Assembly (NCBI GenBank): GCA_019828565.1
Contig: JAHDYR010000025.1
Coordinates: forward strand, 372,001 to 436,000
From: Carpediemonas membranifera BICM
Lineage: Eukaryota > Protista > Fornicata
Length of the DNA stretch: 64,000 nt
Direction: 5' to 3'
Within the stretch, counting starts at the first letter, position 1; each line of letters opens with the position of its first letter. Both the position numbers and the translations under genes were made by a program. Shown piece by piece: positions 10,312-18,170 of the stretch. The notes beneath the pieces are model-generated. The model ran no database searches and was not told the DNA's origin. It was given only the letters and a program-made list of their open reading frames with translations.

Positions 10312-10887
10312 TCACCCCGTCTTCCAAAGGATCACCGCCTGTGGCATCTGCGGCATGGGCACCACCTTGGGCGAGACTTTCTCCGGAGTGACAGCCTTGG
10401 GTACCTTCTGCACTGGCTCCATCATCTTGATCGCCTCGTCGTTCGCCTCATTGATGGCGTTTGTGGCGATCGCGGCGACGTGTGCCGTGGGAATCCTGAT
10501 GAGTCTCTCGACGGGCACGTACGTCAGCTTCAGATCACCGATGAAGCGGAGCACAGCGATATGGCGGTCCATATCCTCGGGCTGGATCACGCTGATAACG
10601 ACGGCGGGGTAGAGCTCCGTCATCCAGAGGTTCGAAGCGATGTCGAACCAGAGTGACATGACAATCTCGCCGACCTCAAAGCCTTCGTACTTCTGTGGGA
10701 ACTGCATTATATCATTGCTAGTCACTTCATCCGTGTCTGTGGGATCCTCAACGTCTTCAACGACGTATTTGTCGGCTGCGGCGTCATAAGCCTGGACACG
10801 GCCGAGGAACCACGATGGTTTGTTATTCATCAGTTTGTAAAAAGCAACCACGCCTGTTAATGGCGAAGGGGAGCTGCTCTGCGCCAT
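10312..10887 (-). CDS. SGF29-like tandem tudor domain protein
   Basis: WFLGRV..Y.....KYVVEDVED, FEVGEIVMSLW and TELYPAVV resemble the SGF29 tudor pair. Confidence 0.6.
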   Translation of the reverse strand: MAQSSSPSPLTGVVAFYKLMNNKPSWFLGRVQAYDAAADKYVVEDVEDPTDTDEVTSNDIMQFPQKYEGFEVGEIVMSLWFDIASNLWMTELYPAVVISVIQPEDMDRHIAVLRFIGDLKLTYVPVERLIRIPTAHVAAIATNAINEANDEAIKMMEPVQKVPKAVTPEKVSPKVVPMPQMPQAVILWKTG

Positions 10888-10944
10888 TGCGGAATCGCCG
10901 ACCTTAAAATGCACACTGAAGCAAAAGGGCGAAAAATGACGTAT

Positions 10945-13900
10945 TTATAACCGTAACTGTCCATCGTGACTGACCGCCAGCAGCATCTTATTCGCAACAA
11001 CCTCCGTTTCCTCCTCGACAAGCACCGGCAGCACCGTCTTGACGAACGAATCCCGGTCGAACACGGTGTTAACCAGCGGACCTCTCGGCCCGGCCGGCGT
11101 CTGCAGCACGGTGTTCCCGTGCCCAGTGGCCGCCACGACCATCGGTACCCAGGCGGTTGGGTCGGGGCCGAGGGAAGTGTCGATCACGGCAACTGTGCGG
11201 TACGCCTCCAGGGTTTCAGCGTGCACCAGCCTGGAAATAAGCCAGGGTAGTCCCCGGGGGGCGCTGAAGAAGATGACTCTGTCGCTAAGGGGCGTGATGA
11301 ACAGCTCCCGCGGGATGTCACGGCCAACCACAGCGACGTCGTTCGCCTCGAGGTCGACCGCCTCACAGAACACCCGGAGGTCGGTCATCGTAAGGTTGGC
11401 GGCGTCGATGATGTACATGGTCTCGAGCCCGGCCAGTGGCTGTGTCCGGGGGCCCTGGAAGTATGCGAAGTCGCCGTCGTTCATCACGCGGTGCATATTC
11501 CCCTTCTCGCCCTGGCGGACGGCGCCCGTGTGGCCCTGTGTGCCGCTGAGGAGGAGGCCGGGATGCTTGGCTCCGGGGAGGTAGAGGTTCGGGCGGCGGG
11601 CGTTCTTGCCCTTGGAGATGTTGTTGACGAAGTCTGCGTTGAAGTAGGTCGTCTCGGGGACGCCAGCGAGGGCGGCGTCTGCGGCCTCGACGCCCTGCAT
11701 GAAGGAATGGTCCATGTTGCCGACCTCGTACTTCCAGCCGCCGAAGCGACCGCGCGAGAAGATGTCGTGCTCCATGAGCCAAGGCTGGACGTCTGCGAGA
11801 ATCGCGTCGCGGTCGACCGACGGCGTGGGGTAGCCGTGCTTCTCGGTCCAGTGGAAGCGCGAGACGATCTCGGACGACGGCTCGAGGAAGCCGACGTTCC
11901 GCATGCCCTGGATGACGTCGTTGACAATCGTCGCGTCGCTGACTGGGCGGTGGCTCGACTCAGCGACCTCGGCCATCAGGCTGTAGTGGCCGGTGGGCGC
12001 GATCTCGGGCGCGTAGTTCGAGAGCACCGTGATGCGGTAGAAGGGCGCGTCGTCGGTTGGGAAGTAGTACCAGCAGCGGTTGACGAACTTGTCGGGCAGC
12101 GCGCCCTTCACGCCGATGCCGATCACATGCGTCGTCGAGAACGACAGCGCGTCCGCCGCGGCGCTGAAGCGCTTCGAGTCGTCGTCGCTCGTTGTCTCCG
12201 CGGCCGCGACCAAGCGCAGCAGCTCGTCGAGCGGCATCGTCGTGATCAGCTTCGAGTAGTGCGCGGTGCGCGTGCGGCCCGCGGCGTTCGTCGTCGTCAC
12301 GCTGTGGCGCTCGGGGTCGACGCCGACGATGCGCGTGCCGTGCTCGATGACTCCGGACAGGTCCTCGCCGACGCGCCGGAAGATCTCACCGACGCCTCCG
12401 ACGGAGGGGTAGAGGAACATGTTGTTCGGGCCCCAGCTCGGCGCGTCTTTGTTCTCGGCCACGCGCTGGCGCAGCTCGGTAACGTTGACGCGGGCGACGC
12501 GCTCGCCCATCCACGCGGTGCCCATCTCCTCGGCGGGGTGGGCCCAGACCTTGTAGTTGTACGGGATGAGGAAGATCTCCGCGAGACCCTCGCCGAAGCT
12601 CTGGTAGATCCACTCGCGGAAGTTCGCGGGCTTCGGCAGCGCCTGGCCCTGGATCGCCTCGAGCCCGTCGAAGATGCGCGTCTGCTCGGCCTTCGTCAGC
12701 CGGTGGATGTTGTTCTGGAACGGGTACGGCACCTCCGTCTCCTTGTCCATCACGACCCACGCCTGGCGCTCGTGGCGCTCCTGGTCGTGTTCGAGCACCG
12801 AGTCAACGACGTTGTCGAAGTACTCGTAGTGCGAGAAGAGCACGTGTCCGCCGAAGTCCCACCAGAAGCCCTTGTTGTCCTGCCGCGACCGCGCCAGGCC
12901 GCCGTCCACGTCGCTCATCTCGAGCACGCGGTAGTTCCGCAACCCGAGCTCGCGAAGCCGGTGCGCCGCCCCGAGCCCCGTCGGCCCGCTGCCCACAATC
13001 ATGATGGGCGCGTTTTGCTCGCCGTTGAACGTCAACTCCCATTCGTTCATGCTCACGGGCGTGTTGCCCGCCTCGGGAGCAGCGGCAAGGGTGCTGACCG
13101 TCCTCGGAACGTCGAAGAACCGGCGTTTGATGGCCATGGCGTTGCGGTCGTTGTCCACCTCGCGGATGGAGGGCAGGGTCCGTTTGATTAATTCAAACAT
13201 CTCGATGTTGGACCGATCGAGGAAGGCGGCGTGGGCCCTGTTGTTCTTAGTCGTGCCCTGTTGAGATTTTCGGTCGAGGTGGGCGGCCGGCGTGGCGTCT
13301 AGCACTGCCATTCGACCCAGCCCGCGGCGATAGGCTTCTCTGGCAAAGATGAAGTCGTAACCCCAGCCGACCGTCGCGTCGAACTGCAGGGTTGGGTAGA
13401 CCACACGATTGTAGTACGCCCTGCTGTAGATGGGGAGCATGACCTCGATGAACGTGGTCATCCGCCCGTCCCCGGTGCCGGACTGGGTCGCCGTGACGGG
13501 CCTCCAATGGCCCTCATGTTCCGAGAGCGAGGGCTGAGCGGCCCACACGCGGTGGCGCTCCATGATCTCCATGGCCTGTGTGACGTTGAACGGCTTCTTC
13601 AGCGATGGCACGTCAATCCCGCCGTCGTCGTCCCAGAACAGGATATAGTCATACGCATCTGCCACGGCGGGGGTGATGATGCGGCTGGGGAACCACCACT
13701 TGCCCTGCTTCTTGATGTCGACCCATAGCACGTCCGACGCCCACTGGTACTCTGACCACTCAGACCGGTCGTACCGGAAAAAGACGTAGTCGAAGTCCTC
13801 GTGCCCGAAGCTCTCGACAATGGCGGCGATGGCCTCCTTTCCACCCTTGCCCGCGGGGATGGCAACCAGGCCGCGCTTGGGTCCACGCTTGGGACCGGAG

Positions 13901-15600
13901 TCGAGGGGGGTGATCGTGGCGGGGACGTTCGAGCTGACGGGCGTCATGCGGCCGGGCGGAGGCGAGTAGAGGCTCGGGCGGCGGGCGTTCTTGCCCTTGG
14001 AGATGTTGTTGACGAAGTCTGCGTTGAAGTAGGTCGTCTCGGGGACGCCAGCGAGGGCGGCGTCTGCGGCCTCGACGCCCTGCATGAAGGAATGGTCCAT
14101 GTTGCCGACCTCGTACTTCCAGCCGCCGAAGCGACCGCGCGAGAAGATGTCGTGCTCCATGAGCCAAGGCTGGACGTCTGCGAGAATCGCGTCGCGGTCG
14201 ACCGACGGCGTGGGGTAGCCGTGCTTCTCGGTCCAGTGGAAGCGCGAGACGATCTCGGACGACGGCTCGAGGAAGCCGACGTTCCGCATGCCCTGGATGA
14301 CGTCGTTGACAATCGTCGCGTCGCTGACTGGGCGGTGGCTCGACTCAGCGACCTCGGCCATCAGGCTGTAGTGGCCGGTGGGCGCGATCTCGGGCGCGTA
14401 GTTCGAGAGCACCGTGATGCGGTAGAAGGGCGCGTCGTCGGTTGGGAAGTAGTACCAGCAGCGGTTGACGAACTTGTCGGGCAGCGCGCCCTTCACGCCG
14501 ATGCCGATCACATGCGTCGTCGAGAACGACAGCGCGTCCGCCGCGGCGCTGAAGCGCTTCGAGTCGTCGTCGCTCGTTGTCTCCGCGGCCGCGACCAAGC
14601 GCAGCAGCTCGTCGAGCGGCATCGTCGTGATCAGCTTCGAGTAGTGCGCGGTGCGCGTGCGGCCCGCGGCGTTCGTCGTCGTCACGCTGTGGCGCTCGGG
14701 GTCGACGCCGACGATGCGCGTGCCGTGCTCGATGACTCCGGACAGGTCCTCGCCGACGCGCCGGAAGATCTCACCGACGCCTCCGACGGAGGGGTAGAGG
14801 AACATGTTGTTCGGGCCCCAGCTCGGCGCGTCTTTGTTCTCGGCCACGCGCTGGCGCAGCTCGGTAACGTTGACGCGGGCGACGCGCTCGCCCATCCACG
14901 CGGTGCCCATCTCCTCGGCGGGGTGGGCCCAGACCTTGTAGTTGTACGGGATGAGGAAGATCTCCGCGAGACCCTCGCCGAAGCTCTGGTAGATCCACTC
15001 GCGGAAGTTCGCGGGCTTCGGCAGCGCCTGGCCCTGGATCGCCTCGAGCCCGTCGAAGATGCGCGTCTGCTCGGCCTTCGTCAGCCGGTGGATGTTGTTC
15101 TGGAACGGGTACGGCACCTCCGTCTCCTTGTCCATCACGACCCACGCCTGGCGCTCGTGGCGCTCCTGGTCGTGTTCGAGCACCGAGTCAACGACGTTGT
15201 CGAAGTACTCGTAGTGCGAGAAGAGCACGTGTCCGCCGAAGTCCCACCAGAAGCCCTTGTTGTCCTGCCGCGACCGCGCCAGGCCGCCGTCCACGTCGCT
15301 CATCTCGAGCACGCGGTAGTTCCGCAACCCGAGCTCGCGAAGCCGGTGCGCCGCCCCGAGCCCCGTCGGCCCGCTGCCCACAATCATGATGGGGTACTTG
15401 TTTTCAACAACATTGGGCTCCATTGGCACTATAGCGGCGTATGGCGCACGTAGGAGGGAGAATAACGTGAACAGGATGGTGCCAGCGGTAAAGCAAAGGA
15501 CTAAGGCACACGCAAACGTAGCTTGCACTGGCTTCTGCCGTATGAACCTTTTGGTCGCAATATAGAGGCGAATGAGGTCAATCAACGCTGCATCTGCCAT
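10945..15600 (-). CDS. Membrane-anchored fusion: TM - UDP-galactopyranose mutase - DUF707 glycosyltransferase-like - UGM - degenerate DUF707
   Basis: Two copies of the eukaryotic-type UGM motifs GSGPTGLGAA, DFGGHVLFSHY and SRGRFGGWKYEVGNMDHSFMQGVEA. The middle region has KQGKWW..R.I.P.V...YDYILFWDDD, FIEVMLP.YSR and GWGYDF (DUF707). There is an N-terminal hydrophobic anchor. Confidence 0.85.
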   Translation of the reverse strand: MADAALIDLIRLYIATKRFIRQKPVQATFACALVLCFTAGTILFTLFSLLRAPYAAIVPMEPNVVENKYPIMIVGSGPTGLGAAHRLRELGLRNYRVLEMSDVDGGLARSRQDNKGFWWDFGGHVLFSHYEYFDNVVDSVLEHDQERHERQAWVVMDKETEVPYPFQNNIHRLTKAEQTRIFDGLEAIQGQALPKPANFREWIYQSFGEGLAEIFLIPYNYKVWAHPAEEMGTAWMGERVARVNVTELRQRVAENKDAPSWGPNNMFLYPSVGGVGEIFRRVGEDLSGVIEHGTRIVGVDPERHSVTTTNAAGRTRTAHYSKLITTMPLDELLRLVAAAETTSDDDSKRFSAAADALSFSTTHVIGIGVKGALPDKFVNRCWYYFPTDDAPFYRITVLSNYAPEIAPTGHYSLMAEVAESSHRPVSDATIVNDVIQGMRNVGFLEPSSEIVSRFHWTEKHGYPTPSVDRDAILADVQPWLMEHDIFSRGRFGGWKYEVGNMDHSFMQGVEAADAALAGVPETTYFNADFVNNISKGKNARRPSLYSPPPGRMTPVSSNVPATITPLDSGPKRGPKRGLVAIPAGKGGKEAIAAIVESFGHEDFDYVFFRYDRSEWSEYQWASDVLWVDIKKQGKWWFPSRIITPAVADAYDYILFWDDDGGIDVPSLKKPFNVTQAMEIMERHRVWAAQPSLSEHEGHWRPVTATQSGTGDGRMTTFIEVMLPIYSRAYYNRVVYPTLQFDATVGWGYDFIFAREAYRRGLGRMAVLDATPAAHLDRKSQQGTTKNNRAHAAFLDRSNIEMFELIKRTLPSIREVDNDRNAMAIKRRFFDVPRTVSTLAAAPEAGNTPVSMNEWELTFNGEQNAPIMIVGSGPTGLGAAHRLRELGLRNYRVLEMSDVDGGLARSRQDNKGFWWDFGGHVLFSHYEYFDNVVDSVLEHDQERHERQAWVVMDKETEVPYPFQNNIHRLTKAEQTRIFDGLEAIQGQALPKPANFREWIYQSFGEGLAEIFLIPYNYKVWAHPAEEMGTAWMGERVARVNVTELRQRVAENKDAPSWGPNNMFLYPSVGGVGEIFRRVGEDLSGVIEHGTRIVGVDPERHSVTTTNAAGRTRTAHYSKLITTMPLDELLRLVAAAETTSDDDSKRFSAAADALSFSTTHVIGIGVKGALPDKFVNRCWYYFPTDDAPFYRITVLSNYAPEIAPTGHYSLMAEVAESSHRPVSDATIVNDVIQGMRNVGFLEPSSEIVSRFHWTEKHGYPTPSVDRDAILADVQPWLMEHDIFSRGRFGGWKYEVGNMDHSFMQGVEAADAALAGVPETTYFNADFVNNISKGKNARRPNLYLPGAKHPGLLLSGTQGHTGAVRQGEKGNMHRVMNDGDFAYFQGPRTQPLAGLETMYIIDAANLTMTDLRVFCEAVDLEANDVAVVGRDIPRELFITPLSDRVIFFSAPRGLPWLISRLVHAETLEAYRTVAVIDTSLGPDPTAWVPMVVAATGHGNTVLQTPAGPRGPLVNTVFDRDSFVKTVLPVLVEEETEVVANKMLLAVSHDGQLRL
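11589..13008. repeat. 1420-bp direct repeat (second UGM domain)
   Basis: Appears identical to 13974-15393 (offset 2385). Confidence 0.92.
13974..15393. repeat. 1420-bp direct repeat (first UGM domain)
   Basis: Appears identical to 11589-13008. Confidence 0.92.
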
Positions 15601-15741
15601 TTCACGTTCCTTTTTTGAGAGTCGTGCAACCCAATCTCAACCATGGTCAAAACAGACGACCCAACCGGCCTGCATCCCAGTAGTGGTGTGCAGCATCAAT
15701 ACAGGCAGGGGCATTTATCGGTGCCAATAATAATGGTAAAG

Positions 15742-16117
15742 TTACAAATTCTGGATGGCTTGGCGGATAGCGTCGTACCAGCCTTCTAGCTCACCCCCAC
15801 TGGAGCTGTGCATGTACCACGTCCTCCCGGGGGCCTGTACCTCAATGCACTTCTTCCCTCCGTTCATTGCGACCGAGATGCGGCTGTTTTTGTCGAGGGG
15901 AATGACTCCCTTTGGAAGAGAAGATTCGGGACGATGGAAGTATCTCAGTTCTAAGCCAGGTGCAGGCGTCTTGATTAGCACAAAGTATCTATGTTACGGT
16001 GTTGAATGAAAGGGCAAACCTCTATGTTAGGCGGGCAGTATTTGGGAGAGAACGAACGTGCTTCCAATTCTTCACAACCTTTCCTTGCTTAAACATCATT
16101 CCCTGTCTGATAAGCAT
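15742..16117 (-). CDS. Stand-alone PH domain protein (102 aa); exons 16117-16058, 16021-16020, 15988-15742
   Basis: The spliced product MLIRQGMMFKQGKVVKNWKHRYFVL...PKGVIPL...RTWYM...ELEGWYDAI is a canonical PH domain. The introns are 36 and 31 nt. Confidence 0.85.
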
Positions 16118-16457
16118 TGCGTTGTTCCCAAATCGTCTTCAGCGTGTCTTCTATGCGGCAAGTCGGCCGAGTCTTCCAGTCGAGCACCGGACCCGCGCCA
16201 ACTGAGACGGCTGGTACGTCTGCTACAGGGAATGTAGCCGCATCTCCGGCTTCCAAGACCTCCCATTGAGACTGTGGAGACTGGGGTGACGTGTGCCGGG
16301 ATTCGTCACCACCGTCGCCACCACGTGTCAGTGCTGTACTTCAGCAGTTGTTTCTTCATGACCACTTACCTTGTTGAGTAACATCTTTTTACGCTCGACA
16401 AACACCCACGAAACATGCTCACACCGCACCGGACCACGACTAAAGCCGCCAAGCCGA

Positions 16458-16932
16458 TTAAAAGGCGTCGGACAGGCACTTGTCAACGATGGAGGCCAGG
16501 TTTGGGTTTGTCATGGCGCCCACAGCGCGCTCCTTGTCGTTGACTTGCTTGTTCACTGGGTTAGGGCTCTCGGCGGGTTGTACAAACACTCATGCTCCTG
16601 CTCGTGCGTGCCAGGCTGCACCAGGACGCTGATCTGTGTGAAAGCGGCTTTGGGGCGAACTCACATGGAACCTTGCGGGAAGGGCACGCTCAAGCGCGGT
16701 GCGGATTGAGAGACCGATCACAGTGGTGAGCGTGCATTGCGGCACAGTTGGATTGTAGTAGACTGTGACGAGGTTCGCCTCATTGTCCACTTCTACCATG
16801 TCTGTCGTGCATACCTTCAAGCTCTCGAGAGTGAGTGGATGTTCTGGATCTTGGATGTTCTTGATGATGTATGTGTGATGGATGAGTACTAGTGCACAAA
16901 CCAAAGATCTCCTGGCATGATATTTCGTCCAT
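16458..16932 (-). CDS. CIAO2B: Cytosolic Fe-S assembly protein CIA2B/MIP18/FAM96B; introns 16901-16871, 16664-16634, 16587-16556
   Basis: Spliced product EIFDIIKNIQDPEHPLTLESL...PTVPQC...IGLSIR...PGTH..EHELNKQVNDKER. Confidence 0.88.
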
Positions 16933-16978
16933 TTCGGCAAACAAGTGTCGTCGGATTGTGCAGATTAAGGATACTGCG

Positions 16979-17070
16979 TGATGCATTCAAATCCCCTAGT
17001 TTGGACCATTTACACCACCACGGGTCTAAACCTCCTCAGTAAACACATTGTTTGACCCTTCAATAGCACA
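16979..17070 (+). repeat. 5' LTR (92 bp)
   Basis: tgatgcattc...caatagcaca, identical to the 3' LTR. Confidence 0.96.
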
Positions 17071-17083
17071 GTAATTACTACGC

Positions 17084-18154
17084 ATGAAGAAGGATGACGA
17101 TGACGACGACCCAAAAGGGACTTACCCGAAGTATCTCCGGCACACTGCAGCCGACTGGGTGAGGTTCCGCATGAGCTACGCACTCTATGCTGAAGATGAG
17201 GTCAAGCCGAAGACCCTCTTCGAGTGCATCGACGCGAAAGTGAGAACAAGTATCAAGGACGCATACCAAGCTCTGGAGGACGACGAAAGCTCCGATGACA
17301 GCTCTGACAGCTCGAGTGAAGACGACGAGGAGATGTTCAGCGCCAACGAGGGTAGCGACAGCAGCAGGGGCGGCGAAGACGCGCACGCCCAGAGCGACTC
17401 CGAGGATGACGCCCGGAGCACACTCATCGCTAACCCGGCCCGGAAGAAGAAGACAAGCGGCAAGACGACCGCCCGGGACGACGCTTTGCTCCGGTACATC
17501 ATGGCTCAAGACCAAGAGAAGAAGGAGGCGAAGACAACGAGGAGGAAGCGCGATGAGCGCTGGGTGGTGATGGCTGAGGCCACACTAACCAATATCAGTC
17601 TTCAGCGCGCGTACCGCGAGCTTCGCAAGCTCCGTGAGACCTCTTTCACCCGTTACCGCCATGTGTTCACGGATATGGTAGATCTGTTCGAGAAGGTCGG
17701 ATCCCTGGATGCTAGAGAGCTCCAGGAGATCGTTCTGGCGAGCCTCGATGACGAGACGATCGCATCGTCTCTTCGCTCTGTTGTTCTTTCCAAGTCAACA
17801 GTCGCGAAGTCGTTGAAGGTCATAGCAAAGTACCTACGGGCCCGAACAGATGCCATGCGAGAGTTTGACCTGGTGCCGAGCAGCCGGCTCGCGGCCCTAC
17901 AGAAGCAGCTCGAGTCACTGCAGAGCAAGCCGAGAGAGGAGCGGAAGATGCCAGCGAGGACGGGAGAGCGCAGACGCAATGACGGCGCGGCCGAGGGGGC
18001 CAAGCCTGAGCGGCGGCAAGGGGGCCGCGGCTGCTTCAACTGCGGCGAAAAGGGTCACGACTCGGCCGACTGCCCACACGAGGAGCCGAAGTGCTTCAGG
18101 TGCGGCGAGTTCGGCCACAAGTCGCACCAGTGCACAGTTGTAAAAGCCATCTGA
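17084..18154 (+). CDS. gag: Gag (356 aa) with acidic/Ser linker and two CCHC knuckles
   Basis: First ORF after the LTR; CX2CX4HX4C occurs twice. Confidence 0.92.
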   Translation: MKKDDDDDDPKGTYPKYLRHTAADWVRFRMSYALYAEDEVKPKTLFECIDAKVRTSIKDAYQALEDDESSDDSSDSSSEDDEEMFSANEGSDSSRGGEDAHAQSDSEDDARSTLIANPARKKKTSGKTTARDDALLRYIMAQDQEKKEAKTTRRKRDERWVVMAEATLTNISLQRAYRELRKLRETSFTRYRHVFTDMVDLFEKVGSLDARELQEIVLASLDDETIASSLRSVVLSKSTVAKSLKVIAKYLRARTDAMREFDLVPSSRLAALQKQLESLQSKPREERKMPARTGERRRNDGAAEGAKPERRQGGRGCFNCGEKGHDSADCPHEEPKCFRCGEFGHKSHQCTVVKAI

Positions 18155-18170
18155 GTATCCTTTCTGTTTT

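Noticed and set aside
11491-15453. Long plus-strand ORFs (566 and 550 aa) opposite the UGM domains, and similar shadow ORFs opposite GS, GDI and the helicase
   Set aside because: These are antisense shadows expected from high GC3 codon bias; they have no motifs.
16364-16440. ACTTACCT followed by a hairpin, resembling a U1 snRNA 5' end
   Set aside because: No U1-70K loop, Sm site or cloverleaf is recognisable; it could be chance or a minus-strand donor-like sequence.
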